From contig JAUWYL010000004.1 of NCBI GenBank assembly GCA_030615855.1, positions 1 through 59,100 of the forward strand: a stretch of DNA of 59,100 nt. Reading direction: 5' to 3'. The first letter of the stretch is position 1; the number at the start of each line of letters is the position of its first letter. Source of the stretch: a bacterium (lineage in GTDB: Bacteria > UBP18 > UBA7526). Below, piece after piece: positions 9,001-18,341 of the stretch. A program made the translations under genes and the position numbers. The notes beneath the pieces were generated by a model. It was not told the DNA's origin, did no database searches, and was given only the letters and a program-made list of their open reading frames with translations.

Positions 9001-10902
9001 TTAGAACTTTATCTTCATTCCCACTATCCCCGTCCTTCGGGGCATGGGATAGTGCTCTCTCATCTCATAGTTGGTATTGAAAACGTTGTTAATCCCAGCA
9101 AACCAGGTGAAATACTTCTTAGTGTATTCTACCCTGAGGTTGGTCAGGAAATAACGAGGGAGTTCTCTTGCTTTTGTATTGGCTTTATTAACGAAGCGAG
9201 AGTCAACGAACTCCTCTTCTATCCGAGCAAGAAGCCCAAATTTAGACTTATACTCTAAGTAGGCATTGGCCTTATGTATCGGCAGATAGGTAAGATGGTT
9301 GTTGTAATTAACTCCTACTGTCTTATTCCTCGTCTCTAACCAGGTATAGCCTATGCCACTTGATAAATACTTGCCCATCTTGGCCTTCAGTTCTGATTCT
9401 ATCCCCCAGATTAAGGCTTTTTCTACGTTCGTCGGATTCCAGGTGTTGTCTCCATCCTCATCCGCCCAAATGATGAGGTCTTCCACTTCCCTTCTGAAGA
9501 AGGTCAGTTTTCCTAATAGATTCTTGGTGAAAACCTGGTCTATTCCCCCTTCATAGGCCCAGGCCTTCTCTGGCTTCAAATCAGGGTTTCCTACCCCCAT
9601 CCCAGGATCATTGGCATAGAGGTCAGATAGGGTAGGGGCCCGGAAGGCTTTCCCTCCAGAGGCCCTCAAGGTAGTCTTCTTCGTCACCTTATAGAGGATG
9701 CTTGCTTTAGGAGAGCCCTCTGTGCCAAAGGCCGGATGGTAATCCCATCTGCTTCCTATGGTAAAGGTTAGAGGCTTGCATATCTTTATCTCATCCTGAA
9801 TCCAATAGGCCTGGGTGGTCAGATCATGCTTAATATCCGGTCTCACCCCCGATTGTATAGAGTCTAACCCATCCTCATGAAGGTCAGTCCCAAGAGTAAT
9901 CTTATTTCTCTTCCCAATCTCTATGGAGTACTCTGCCTCCCCTCCCAAGACATCCATTCTATGAAAGGAGGGCGCTTTGGTATGGGTGATATTTTTTAAT
10001 TTCTCTTCCCTTCCGTAGGCCTTCAAAGAGAGGTTGGATCGCTCACCTAACTTTGCTTTCCATCCCAGGCTTCCCCAAACCCGGTGCTTATGATTTCTAT
10101 CGTCATAATCCGGCGTAGTTTTCTTATCCGGATTTCCATGCTCCCCATTATAGTATCCACCCTCAAGGATGAATTTTGACCAACCAGCCAGATCATAAGT
10201 CAATTTTCCAAAGATGGCATGGGCGTCATAATCGCTGTTAGGCCGATGTCCCTGGGATTGATACTGCCCACCAGAGAGGAGGTAGCCAAACTTCTTTATC
10301 TTTGCCCCATGGGCAAACTTATTAATGAAGGTATTATGCGTAGCATAGGATGTTTCATAACTAAAGGTAGGCTTCTTGGGCGGCTTCTTGGTAATGATAT
10401 TTATCACCCCACCCATGGCACCCGAGCCATAAAGAGCAGATCCCGGACCTCTCACCACTTCTACTCTTTCAATATGTTCCAGAAGAGGGAATTCGCCAAA
10501 ATCTACATAGCCATATTGGATACAGTTCATCCTCTGACCATCGATCAAGACCAAAACCTGTTTCGATGAAGAACCACGCATACTCACCGTGGTAGAAGCC
10601 CCCATGGCTCCGTAACTATCTACCTTAACCCCGGTCTCCCTCTCTATTACTTCTCCGATGTTTCTCGCTCCACTCTTTGCAATCTCTTCTTTGGTAATGA
10701 TGGTAGTGTGGAGAGATACATCTCCCAGGAGTTTGGGGGTTCTGGTGGGAGTGATAACTACCTCTCCTAAGTCAAAGATTTCTTCCTGCCTGCCCTCAGC
10801 CGCGTAGGCAGGAGTGAACAGTGAACAGTGAACAGTGAACAGTGAAGCCAGGATGCCGCTTAGTGCTGATAATAAAACTATTAAACCTCTTTTCCCTTTC
10901 AT
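9001..10902 (-). CDS. btuB: TonB-dependent cobalamin receptor
   Basis: EVVIT TonB box, VLIDG, IERVEVVRGPGSALYGSGAMGGVINIITK plug, C-terminal F, upstream B12 riboswitch. Confidence 0.9.
   Translation of the reverse strand: MKGKRGLIVLLSALSGILASLFTVHCSLFTPAYAAEGRQEEIFDLGEVVITPTRTPKLLGDVSLHTTIITKEEIAKSGARNIGEVIERETGVKVDSYGAMGASTTVSMRGSSSKQVLVLIDGQRMNCIQYGYVDFGEFPLLEHIERVEVVRGPGSALYGSGAMGGVINIITKKPPKKPTFSYETSYATHNTFINKFAHGAKIKKFGYLLSGGQYQSQGHRPNSDYDAHAIFGKLTYDLAGWSKFILEGGYYNGEHGNPDKKTTPDYDDRNHKHRVWGSLGWKAKLGERSNLSLKAYGREEKLKNITHTKAPSFHRMDVLGGEAEYSIEIGKRNKITLGTDLHEDGLDSIQSGVRPDIKHDLTTQAYWIQDEIKICKPLTFTIGSRWDYHPAFGTEGSPKASILYKVTKKTTLRASGGKAFRAPTLSDLYANDPGMGVGNPDLKPEKAWAYEGGIDQVFTKNLLGKLTFFRREVEDLIIWADEDGDNTWNPTNVEKALIWGIESELKAKMGKYLSSGIGYTWLETRNKTVGVNYNNHLTYLPIHKANAYLEYKSKFGLLARIEEEFVDSRFVNKANTKARELPRYFLTNLRVEYTKKYFTWFAGINNVFNTNYEMREHYPMPRRTGIVGMKIKF
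10813..10846. repeat. perfect heptamer tract (AGTGAAC)4 plus AGTGAA in the btuB signal peptide
   Basis: read directly. Confidence 0.9.
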
Positions 10903-10943
10903 TTCTTACCTCCTCTTCCCTCCGAAGAGAGATAACGTTTTTG

Positions 10944-11120
10944 GTAGATAGCCAGGTCTCCTGACTTCCCGCACCTTTGGTTAACCTTCCCTCCCGATTC
11001 AAATCGAGAAGTGGTATTATTGCTCTAAAGCATATACCAAAGGCGCAACCTTCTAAAAAGATGCGGATTACAGTGGCGGGGCCATTCCGGATTTTAACCG
11101 GATTCCCTTAGGCTATCTAC
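10944..11120 (-). ncRNA. cobalamin riboswitch upstream of btuB
   Basis: P1 GTAGATAGCC/GGCTATCTAC, AGGGAA, GCCCCGCCACTGTAA, GGGAAGG, B12 box AAGTCAGGAGACCTGG. Confidence 0.92.
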
Positions 11121-11144
11121 TCTTTTCCTTCACCTCCTCTCCAT

Positions 11145-11206
11145 ACACGGATTTCCTTTTACTGCCTATTGTTAATGCATATTTGACACGGATTATCGCA
11201 GATAAA
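11145..11206. repeat. 62-bp dispersed element; second copy at 40259-40320
   Basis: ungapped match, about 48/62 by manual count. Confidence 0.75.
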
Positions 11207-11207
11207 A

Positions 11208-12008
11208 TCAAACTTGTTTTCTTTTATTCCTACCAGATACTAAGAAGACGTGGGGCTTGAAAGAAACCGGGCTTTTTTCTACTACTACTAATGTTTTATA
11301 AACCTTCTCGATATTCTGATAGGTTAGAATCTCTTGAGGTGAACCCTCCTGAAATACTCTCCCCTCTTTTAAGAGGATTAGTCTCTCACAATACTCTGCT
11401 GCTAAGTTGAGATCATGGGATACCATGAGAACGGTCAAATTTCTCTTCTGGTTCAAGTTCTTAATCAGATTTAGGATCTCTACCTGATGATTGATGTCTA
11501 AATGGGCGGTTGGTTCATCAAGGAGGAGGATCTCCGGCTCCTGGGCTAAGGCCTGAGCAATTACCGTCCTCTGCCTCTCCCCTCCGCTTAAATCCTCCAA
11601 ATTCCTCTCCTCCAATCCTAAGGTGTCTGTCTCCTCCATAACCCCTCGAACTACTTTTAAATCCTCTTCGCTTTCTAATAGTTGGAATCTTCTCAAGTAG
11701 GGGGTGCGACCTAAGAGAATAAAATCTCTTACAGAATAAGAAAAGAAGAGTTCCTGCATCCTCTGAGGAACAATAGCCATCCTCTTGGCTAATTCCCTAT
11801 ATTTAATCTCATCTAACCCTCTTTCCTCTAAAGTCACCCTTCCCTTCCAGGGCTTGAGTATCTTACTGATTACTCTTAGAAGAGTCGTCTTGCCGCTTCC
11901 ATTGGGCCCGATCACCCCTAAAAAATCTCCCTTTTTAATGGTAAAGCTAATATCATTCAGGATGGCTTTTGTATTATATCCTGTGGTCACTTTCTCTAAT
12001 TTGAGCAT
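11208..12008 (-). CDS. btuD: cobalamin/Fe-siderophore ABC transporter ATPase
   Basis: GPNGSGKT, LSGGERQR, LLLDEPT, SHDLN. Confidence 0.88.
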   Translation of the reverse strand: MLKLEKVTTGYNTKAILNDISFTIKKGDFLGVIGPNGSGKTTLLRVISKILKPWKGRVTLEERGLDEIKYRELAKRMAIVPQRMQELFFSYSVRDFILLGRTPYLRRFQLLESEEDLKVVRGVMEETDTLGLEERNLEDLSGGERQRTVIAQALAQEPEILLLDEPTAHLDINHQVEILNLIKNLNQKRNLTVLMVSHDLNLAAEYCERLILLKEGRVFQEGSPQEILTYQNIEKVYKTLVVVEKSPVSFKPHVFLVSGRNKRKQV

Positions 12009-12009
12009 C

Positions 12010-13005
12010 TCATTTCCCCAACTTTAGTCTCTTCTTGGTAAGAAAATAGATGAAGAGCGAGCCACCAAGAATCCCAGTAATTACTCCCACGGGGAGTTCC
12101 AGGGGAGAGATGATAGTTCTCGCTAAGGTATCGCTGGCGATTAGAAATATCCCTCCTGCCAGACAGGAAGTAGGAAGGAGGATCCTATGGTCTGGACCGA
12201 CGAAGAGGCGCATGAAGTGAGGAACAAGTAATCCTACAAAACCGATTATTCCCGATACCGAGACCGCTACTCCAGCGATTAAAGAACCTAAGATGAATAG
12301 GGTTCTCTTCGTCCTTTCAATATTTACTCCCAGATGCAGGGCCTCCTCCTCTCCTAAAGATAGGACATTCAGGTCCCGACTAAAAAGGAAAGAGATGGCT
12401 ATTCCGACCAAGATAATGAGTGAGACTAACTTTATAAGGGGAAAATTGGACTCTTCCAGGCTCCCCATAATCCAGAATAATATTCCGTGCAATTGATGTT
12501 CCCGAGATAAGGACATGATGAGAAGGATGATGGCAGAGGCAATGAAGCTTATCATCACCCCGGTCAGTAAGAGCATAGATATTCTAAGATATCCTTGCCT
12601 CCGGGCAATGAAATAGACCAGGGAAACGGCTCCCAGGGCTCCCAGGAATCCCGCTAAGGGGAGGATTCTGAAGCCAGCAATAATGGATAAGCTTACTCCT
12701 AAGGCCGCTCCCCCAGAGACCCCTAAGGTATAGGGCGAAACTAAGGGATTCCTAAACATCCCCTGGAAAATGACCCCGGTAACACTTAAAGCTCCGCCCA
12801 CAATCAGGGCTAAAATAATACGTGGGAGCCGGATATCAAAGAGAATAGAATATTCAATGCTTTTCTCTCCAGAAATAATCAAGGGAATAATCTTTTTAAA
12901 AGGAATCCCGGCTGAGCCCATGCTTAAAGAGAATAGTCCCACAACTAAAAGGAGCCCCATCAAGGCCAATATCCAGATAATCCAGCGGATCAATTTCTTA
13001 TCCAT
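12010..13005 (-). CDS. btuC: cobalamin ABC permease (FecCD/BtuC)
   Basis: IRLPR, FRNPL..P..LGVS.GA, GIIGFVGL.VPH. Confidence 0.9.
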   Translation of the reverse strand: MDKKLIRWIIWILALMGLLLVVGLFSLSMGSAGIPFKKIIPLIISGEKSIEYSILFDIRLPRIILALIVGGALSVTGVIFQGMFRNPLVSPYTLGVSGGAALGVSLSIIAGFRILPLAGFLGALGAVSLVYFIARRQGYLRISMLLLTGVMISFIASAIILLIMSLSREHQLHGILFWIMGSLEESNFPLIKLVSLIILVGIAISFLFSRDLNVLSLGEEEALHLGVNIERTKRTLFILGSLIAGVAVSVSGIIGFVGLLVPHFMRLFVGPDHRILLPTSCLAGGIFLIASDTLARTIISPLELPVGVITGILGGSLFIYFLTKKRLKLGK

Positions 13006-13522
13006 CTATTCCTTTCCGTTCTTTTATTCCTTGATCAAAAGGATGTTTAATTTTTCTTATTTCGCTTACTAAATCAGCCCTTTCAATCAGCCACTGCGGT
13101 GCTCCTCTTCCAGTGAAAACGATCTCCAGCCCTTCGGGTTTCTTTTCCAGGAATCTCAAGATCTCCTTTTTCCCAAGATAACCTTCCCGCAAAACAATGT
13201 TCATTTCGTCAAGGATGAGCAAATCGTAATCCTTTTGGAATGTTCCTTCGATGAAAGAAAGTGCCTTCAAACACTTCTTTCTCCCTTTCTCAAAGCCCAT
13301 CTTCTTGTAAGAATGGAGTTTTACAGGAATAAGATCATGGACCTCAATGCCCAGTCTTTTTAAAACCTTGCCCTGTCCTTGTTCGAAGATATCCCGGGGT
13401 TTAAAGAAAGTAATAAAACAAACCTTAAAGTTATAGGCAATAGCCCGAACAGCTAACCCCAGGCTGGCGGTAGTCTTTCCCTTACCATTCCCGTAGTAGA
13501 CCTCAATCAGCCCTTTCTCCAT
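12998..13522 (-). CDS. cobO: ATP:corrinoid adenosyltransferase (CobA/CobO/BtuR)
   Basis: GNGKGKTT, ILDE, TGRGAP, ADLVSE...KHPF. Confidence 0.92.
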   Translation of the reverse strand: MEKGLIEVYYGNGKGKTTASLGLAVRAIAYNFKVCFITFFKPRDIFEQGQGKVLKRLGIEVHDLIPVKLHSYKKMGFEKGRKKCLKALSFIEGTFQKDYDLLILDEMNIVLREGYLGKKEILRFLEKKPEGLEIVFTGRGAPQWLIERADLVSEIRKIKHPFDQGIKERKGIDG

Positions 13523-13523
13523 C

Positions 13524-14372
13524 TCAATCCCCTTTCTTTGGGTGAAGGAATTCCGCTATCTCCTCCAGGGCCTCAACGAAACTTACCGGTGTGGGACTAC
13601 AGGTCTTATTAGAATCAATGATATATATTCTGTCATTCTTGACTGCATCCAGGGTCTTAAACTTCCTCCAAACTTTTTTCTCTTCTTCGCCCACAATGCC
13701 CATGGTTACGATGATAATTACTTCAGGGTTTTGCCTGATAACATCTTCCCGGCTGTAAAGTCCACTCTTCGCTCCGCGAGCAATGTTTATCCCGCCGCCG
13801 AGAGCGATGAGATCTTGAATAAACGAATCTTTGATTATCGTAAATAATGGCCTTGCTCCTATCTGAACGAAAACTTTTGGCTTGGGCAGGCCTTTAATCC
13901 CTTTACTGATGGAATCTATCTTATTTTTCATCTGGCAAACTATCTCTTCCGCTTCAGCTTCTCTTCCAACAATCCTCCCTAATTCCATAAACTGCTCACA
14001 GATCTGGGAAAAATTCTTGTTCTCATAGAGGGGGAAAGAAATGACCCTCATGCCCAGAGATTTCAGTTTTTCAATCTGCCCAGGATCGGTTAAAGATGTA
14101 GCCAGTATTAAATCTGGTTTGAGAATCAGTATCTTTTCCAGGTCCACTTTAATTACTGTGCCCACCTTTTCTTTTTCCTTAGCTTCAGGGGGGCGGTCGC
14201 AATATACGGTTGTGCCCACAATTCTATCCTCCATTTCCAAGAGATAGAGTTCTTCAGTTATGGCGGGACTTAAGGAGACAATCCTCTGGGGCGATTCACC
14301 TCTTGTTTGTGAGATTAGGAGAAGAGAAATAGATAAAATTAGGATTAAAATACTTATCCCCTTAATTTTCAC
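13524..14372 (-). CDS. btuF: cobalamin-binding periplasmic protein
   Basis: RIVSLSPAITE, VG.T.YCD.P, NPEVII, AVKNDRIY. Confidence 0.88.
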   Translation of the reverse strand: MKIKGISILILILSISLLLISQTRGESPQRIVSLSPAITEELYLLEMEDRIVGTTVYCDRPPEAKEKEKVGTVIKVDLEKILILKPDLILATSLTDPGQIEKLKSLGMRVISFPLYENKNFSQICEQFMELGRIVGREAEAEEIVCQMKNKIDSISKGIKGLPKPKVFVQIGARPLFTIIKDSFIQDLIALGGGINIARGAKSGLYSREDVIRQNPEVIIIVTMGIVGEEEKKVWRKFKTLDAVKNDRIYIIDSNKTCSPTPVSFVEALEEIAEFLHPKKGD

Positions 14373-14384
14373 TTTAAGTCTCCA

Positions 14385-15245
14385 TTAGGAGGTTAGAATC
14401 TGGTTCATGGTGAGATACTGCATATCCCAGTCCTTGATAATCAATTTAGATATTTCATCGATTCTCTTAAAATCCTCTAATAGCTCATCTGAGCGAACCT
14501 CTATACACTTATAGGGATCGGGCTTATAGGCAGTGTTAGTGGTATAAAATTCGACATGGTCTAAGTAGCTTCTGGCAACATTGAAGGCCTTTAACATCTT
14601 CTTTTCGGTCGGTCTTCTTTTTGAAATGTTATTCTTCACATATTCGGGTGAGAATTGGTATATTTTATAAGTTATACCTTTATTAATCTTACTTAAAAAT
14701 CTTGCTATCTCTTCAATCTCACCAAAGTCTATGACGTCTGGAATGAATATTGTTCGCACATAAAAATTTAGACCATATCTATTTAATATCTCTACCGCTT
14801 TTAATACCTTAGCATTGCTTTCACCAGTGTACCATTTATGAATTTTATCGTGGTATGCTTTCAGGTCTAATTTAATATAATTCACATCTAAAGACCTTAG
14901 CTCTTTAACTAAGTCTTTACCGAGCAGATGGCCATTGGTTGAGATACCAATTTTACTCACCTGGAGTTCTCTTAATTGGCGGATTAGAGAAAGTAGGTAA
15001 TCGGTATTCATCGTTGGCTCGCCACCTGTAAATTGAACATCCTCGATCATTTCGCCATAGATGAACTGGCAAGACTTAATAAGTAGATTGAGAAGTTCCT
15101 CAACTGACAGGGCTCTGCCCACTTCTTGCTTGGCGATGGCAAAGCATCCTCGGCAATCAAAATTACAGCCGGATAGATTGATCTTCACTTTTCTCTTGGG
15201 GCTTACCACAAATGTTAAGAATGGCACTCTTCTGCATAAGGTCAT
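14385..15245 (-). CDS. radical SAM protein of unknown function (activase-like)
   Basis: CNFDCRGC, TGGEP, STNG, LDLKA. Confidence 0.85.
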   Translation of the reverse strand: MTLCRRVPFLTFVVSPKRKVKINLSGCNFDCRGCFAIAKQEVGRALSVEELLNLLIKSCQFIYGEMIEDVQFTGGEPTMNTDYLLSLIRQLRELQVSKIGISTNGHLLGKDLVKELRSLDVNYIKLDLKAYHDKIHKWYTGESNAKVLKAVEILNRYGLNFYVRTIFIPDVIDFGEIEEIARFLSKINKGITYKIYQFSPEYVKNNISKRRPTEKKMLKAFNVARSYLDHVEFYTTNTAYKPDPYKCIEVRSDELLEDFKRIDEISKLIIKDWDMQYLTMNQILTS

Positions 15246-15977
15246 TTAGTACCTTCCATTTTGTTTCAAAATGGCTTCCTTTACAGCAGAGGTCACCGCT
15301 CTCGCCATCAATTCTCCGGCCTTAGTATGCCCACCCACATAGCTTATTCTTGGGCCATTGCCTGATACGATTACAATATTATCGGTTCCTGTGCCCGTGG
15401 CCTGAATTTCAGGACTATACGAACTCCTTATATCCATATCTTGGAAGGCTATTACTTTGGACTCAGTTATAGTAATTATGCTTCTCGACATGGCACCATC
15501 CGTGAGTGATGCATTGGTCAAAACTATTATATTGACGGTACCGAGGCGCTCGAATTTGCCTTCCTCCTTCTCCACACTTCCCGCTTTGTCTACTCCCACC
15601 CTCTGGGCGTTAGATTTCGCTCCCGCGGTAACGCAGGCATAGACCCTGAAGTCTTCGTATTCTTCCCTCTTGATGGAAAGGTTATCCATATCTGCGCCCG
15701 TAAACAACATGGCTACATCACCGGGCTCGAGTTTTAAATCAGCACAGATTCTTTCCTCATATTCCTTCCTATTTTGATGAACGAAGTCCCAGAGCTCAGG
15801 GGGATTGTAGTGATTAGCCACGTATCGCACTTTCTTAAATCCTTCCAAGGTGCTCAAGGCCTTTCTTCTCTCGGCAAAGAAGATGAGAAAGGTTTTTACT
15901 TCAGTCTCTTTAAAGCGATGATAGATTATCTGCGCTTTTATATCTTCCAAATCCAAAACAATCTCTTTACTTCTCAT
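15246..15977 (-). CDS. cbiZ: adenosylcobinamide amidohydrolase
   Basis: FTGADM, TAG..NA, GTVNI, TE.K, ATGTGTD, GGHTK.GEL. Confidence 0.88.
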   Translation of the reverse strand: MRSKEIVLDLEDIKAQIIYHRFKETEVKTFLIFFAERRKALSTLEGFKKVRYVANHYNPPELWDFVHQNRKEYEERICADLKLEPGDVAMLFTGADMDNLSIKREEYEDFRVYACVTAGAKSNAQRVGVDKAGSVEKEEGKFERLGTVNIIVLTNASLTDGAMSRSIITITESKVIAFQDMDIRSSYSPEIQATGTGTDNIVIVSGNGPRISYVGGHTKAGELMARAVTSAVKEAILKQNGRY

Positions 15978-16632
15978 TTTTAGGGATAACCTCCAAGAAC
16001 CAATGTTTGTTTTTAAACACTTTTCTGCCGGTTGTAAACTTTACAGGCTCTCTAAAAATTGGCTCATCAAAGACAAAGGTATGGTATTCACCTTTCTCTC
16101 CACAGAGATCGATATTGCCTAATCTCTTCAGGTCTTTTATGAATTCTTCATCTATTCTACGGCCCAGCCACTCTTTGCCTAATAAATCAGCCTTAGTGGC
16201 TACCACAATGGCTTTGAAACCAGCTCGGATAAATTCTTTCAGTAATCTCTCCCGATCTTTTCCCCATAAAGGTAATACTGGTTTAATTTCTATCTCTCTA
16301 CAAACTCTTTCTATCCAATCCCGGTGTTCCTGAAGGTCGATATCACCGAAAATACCTATCTCAACACCCTCCTTTTTCAACTCTGAAACTGTTCTTTTAA
16401 ACACCTTTTCATAACTTTCCCAAGTAGTCTTCCTTTGGATGATGGGGATGCCCATGGCATCCGATTGGGCCCTCAAAAGAGCTGAGCTAAGTCCGTGGGA
16501 GCGAGAACGTTTACCATCCTCTGATACCATATTTACAAGATATTCGACCTTAAGGTTCTTGTTCTGCATCGCTCTATAACAGGCTAAAGATGTTTCCTTG
16601 CCTCCACTCCAGGAAACAAATGCCTTTTCCAT
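15967..16632 (-). CDS. DUF71 / Dph6-like ATP-dependent amide ligase
   Basis: SWSGGKET PP-loop, FGDI, PLW, CGEKGEYHTFV. Confidence 0.9.
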   Translation of the reverse strand: MEKAFVSWSGGKETSLACYRAMQNKNLKVEYLVNMVSEDGKRSRSHGLSSALLRAQSDAMGIPIIQRKTTWESYEKVFKRTVSELKKEGVEIGIFGDIDLQEHRDWIERVCREIEIKPVLPLWGKDRERLLKEFIRAGFKAIVVATKADLLGKEWLGRRIDEEFIKDLKRLGNIDLCGEKGEYHTFVFDEPIFREPVKFTTGRKVFKNKHWFLEVIPKNEK

Positions 16633-17592
16633 TTACATCCGCCAGTCCAAAACATTTCCGCAAATCTGGCAATGAAAGCTATTTAAATTCATCCCCGCCC
16701 CGCAGCCTGGACAGGTTTTCTGATTATTTTTAGGTTCAGTAATTTCTCCCACTTCCTTTTTGTAAATCTCATAATAGTAGAGATGCTCCTTATTCATAAA
16801 CTTCACTGGATATCGCCTGTTTTTATGTTCAAACTCTTCATCCGGGATCTTTGAGGTAATAATCTCTCTTAATTTTCTCATACCCGAGCCATACTCCAAG
16901 GGTCTCTTATCCTGCCAGATAATCTTAGCAGGCAACATCTTCTTAAAAGCCTTGCGCAAAATCCATTTTCCCCATAAATTTCCGTTTTCTTCTTTAATCT
17001 TAAGTTCTACGGGTATCTTGAGGGAAAAGTCGATAAATTCTTTGTCCAGAAAGGGCTGTTTGACCTTAATATTAAAAAAACTACCCAACTCATTAGAACT
17101 AAATTGTAGCGAAGAAGATATTTTTTTAATGTATTTATCCAAATTTTCTATATCCTTCACCCCGCTCGTGCTTGCACGGGCGGGGTTCATGAAATCATAG
17201 CCGGCAAAGAGCTCATCGCTTCCATCGCCAGTCATTATCTCTTCCATTCCCATCCCCTTTGCTAATTTTAGGCCAAAGTAAACAACCAGGTCATTGGGGA
17301 TTGCCGGATCAAAGCTCTTAAGGATCCTTATTACATCTGGAATAGAATCTATCGCTTCATCTATACTCACCCTTCTGTGATAATGCTTTAGTTTTAAATT
17401 CTTGGCCACTAATCCAGCATATGAGATATCCTCTCCAAAGGATTCCAGGCTGACCGTGATGGCCTTCATATTGGGATTTAAAACCGCTAAGATACTGGTA
17501 TCCAATCCTCCAGAAAAGAGTAGCCCCTCTGCAGAATTCCGCCTGACAGCCTCTCTCAATTTTTTTCTTAGTTCGCTAGAGACTACTTTCAC
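16633..17592 (-). CDS. asparagine-synthase-like ligase domain, no glutaminase domain, C-terminal Zn ribbon
   Basis: LLFSGGLDTS, TGDGSDELFAGY, PFLD, KWILR, CPGC...CQIC. Confidence 0.85.
   Translation of the reverse strand: MKVVSSELRKKLREAVRRNSAEGLLFSGGLDTSILAVLNPNMKAITVSLESFGEDISYAGLVAKNLKLKHYHRRVSIDEAIDSIPDVIRILKSFDPAIPNDLVVYFGLKLAKGMGMEEIMTGDGSDELFAGYDFMNPARASTSGVKDIENLDKYIKKISSSLQFSSNELGSFFNIKVKQPFLDKEFIDFSLKIPVELKIKEENGNLWGKWILRKAFKKMLPAKIIWQDKRPLEYGSGMRKLREIITSKIPDEEFEHKNRRYPVKFMNKEHLYYYEIYKKEVGEITEPKNNQKTCPGCGAGMNLNSFHCQICGNVLDWRM
17160..17185. mobile_element. 26-bp CCCCG...CGGGG palindrome flanked by TTCA direct repeats, in frame
   Basis: TTCA|CCCCGCTCGTGCTTGCACGGGCGGGG|TTCA. Confidence 0.8.
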
Positions 17593-18341
17593 AGAATTCC
17601 CTTGGTGAGATTAAAAAGTAAGAAAAGAATGAATAGGGTTCCCACTTCAATTATCTCGTTTACTGCTCCTAGGGTATCACCCGTCATTCCTCCAATCCTT
17701 TTAGAAATAAATCTCGTCAAAAGAAGGGTCAGAGCTAGAATGAAGAGGAATAGTTCCAGGCCCAAGATCTTTAAGAAACCTCCAGTAATTATTAAGGCAA
17801 TTAAACTGGCAACAATTAGCTCTTTTCTTCCACAATAATCAAGAAACGCCTTTCCTGTTCCTTTCTTCCGAGCATAAATAGATAAAGAAGAAGCGACCAC
17901 CATAGCCCATCTTCCCATAACAGGAAAGAGAAGTAGGGCCCCCCTCTTTATTTCTAAAGGCATCTCGTGGAGCAGGACTAACTTGAGCATTATTAAAGAG
18001 ACTACTCCCACTATGCCAAAAGCGCCCACCCGGCTATCCCTCATAATTTTTAGAATCTCTTCCTTCGTTTTTCCTCCAGAGAGTCCATCAATAGTATCGA
18101 TAAAGCCATCGATATGTAAGGCCCCGGTTAGAATGATTAAAGCAATGATAGTTAAGGCATCTGCTACTAAGGGAGCTAAAAGAATAGAGAATCCCCAGTT
18201 GACTAGAACTAAAATCCCACCTAAAATCAATCCCACAATCGGGAAATAGGCCATGGACTTTCCCAGTCTCTTCTCATCTTTAGGATATTTACCCACAGGA
18301 ACTCGAGTTAAAAATCGAAGAGCGATTAACAAATTTATCAT
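17589..18341 (-). CDS. cobS: cobalamin (5'-phosphate) synthase
   Basis: FLTRVP, TGALHIDGFIDTIDG, MRDSRVGAFG, GG.TGD.LGA. Confidence 0.95.
   Translation of the reverse strand: MINLLIALRFLTRVPVGKYPKDEKRLGKSMAYFPIVGLILGGILVLVNWGFSILLAPLVADALTIIALIILTGALHIDGFIDTIDGLSGGKTKEEILKIMRDSRVGAFGIVGVVSLIMLKLVLLHEMPLEIKRGALLLFPVMGRWAMVVASSLSIYARKKGTGKAFLDYCGRKELIVASLIALIITGGFLKILGLELFLFILALTLLLTRFISKRIGGMTGDTLGAVNEIIEVGTLFILFLLFNLTKGIL

Noticed and set aside
15967-16632. Diphthamide biosynthesis
   Set aside because: Bacteria lack the diphthamide pathway; context points to B12 salvage.
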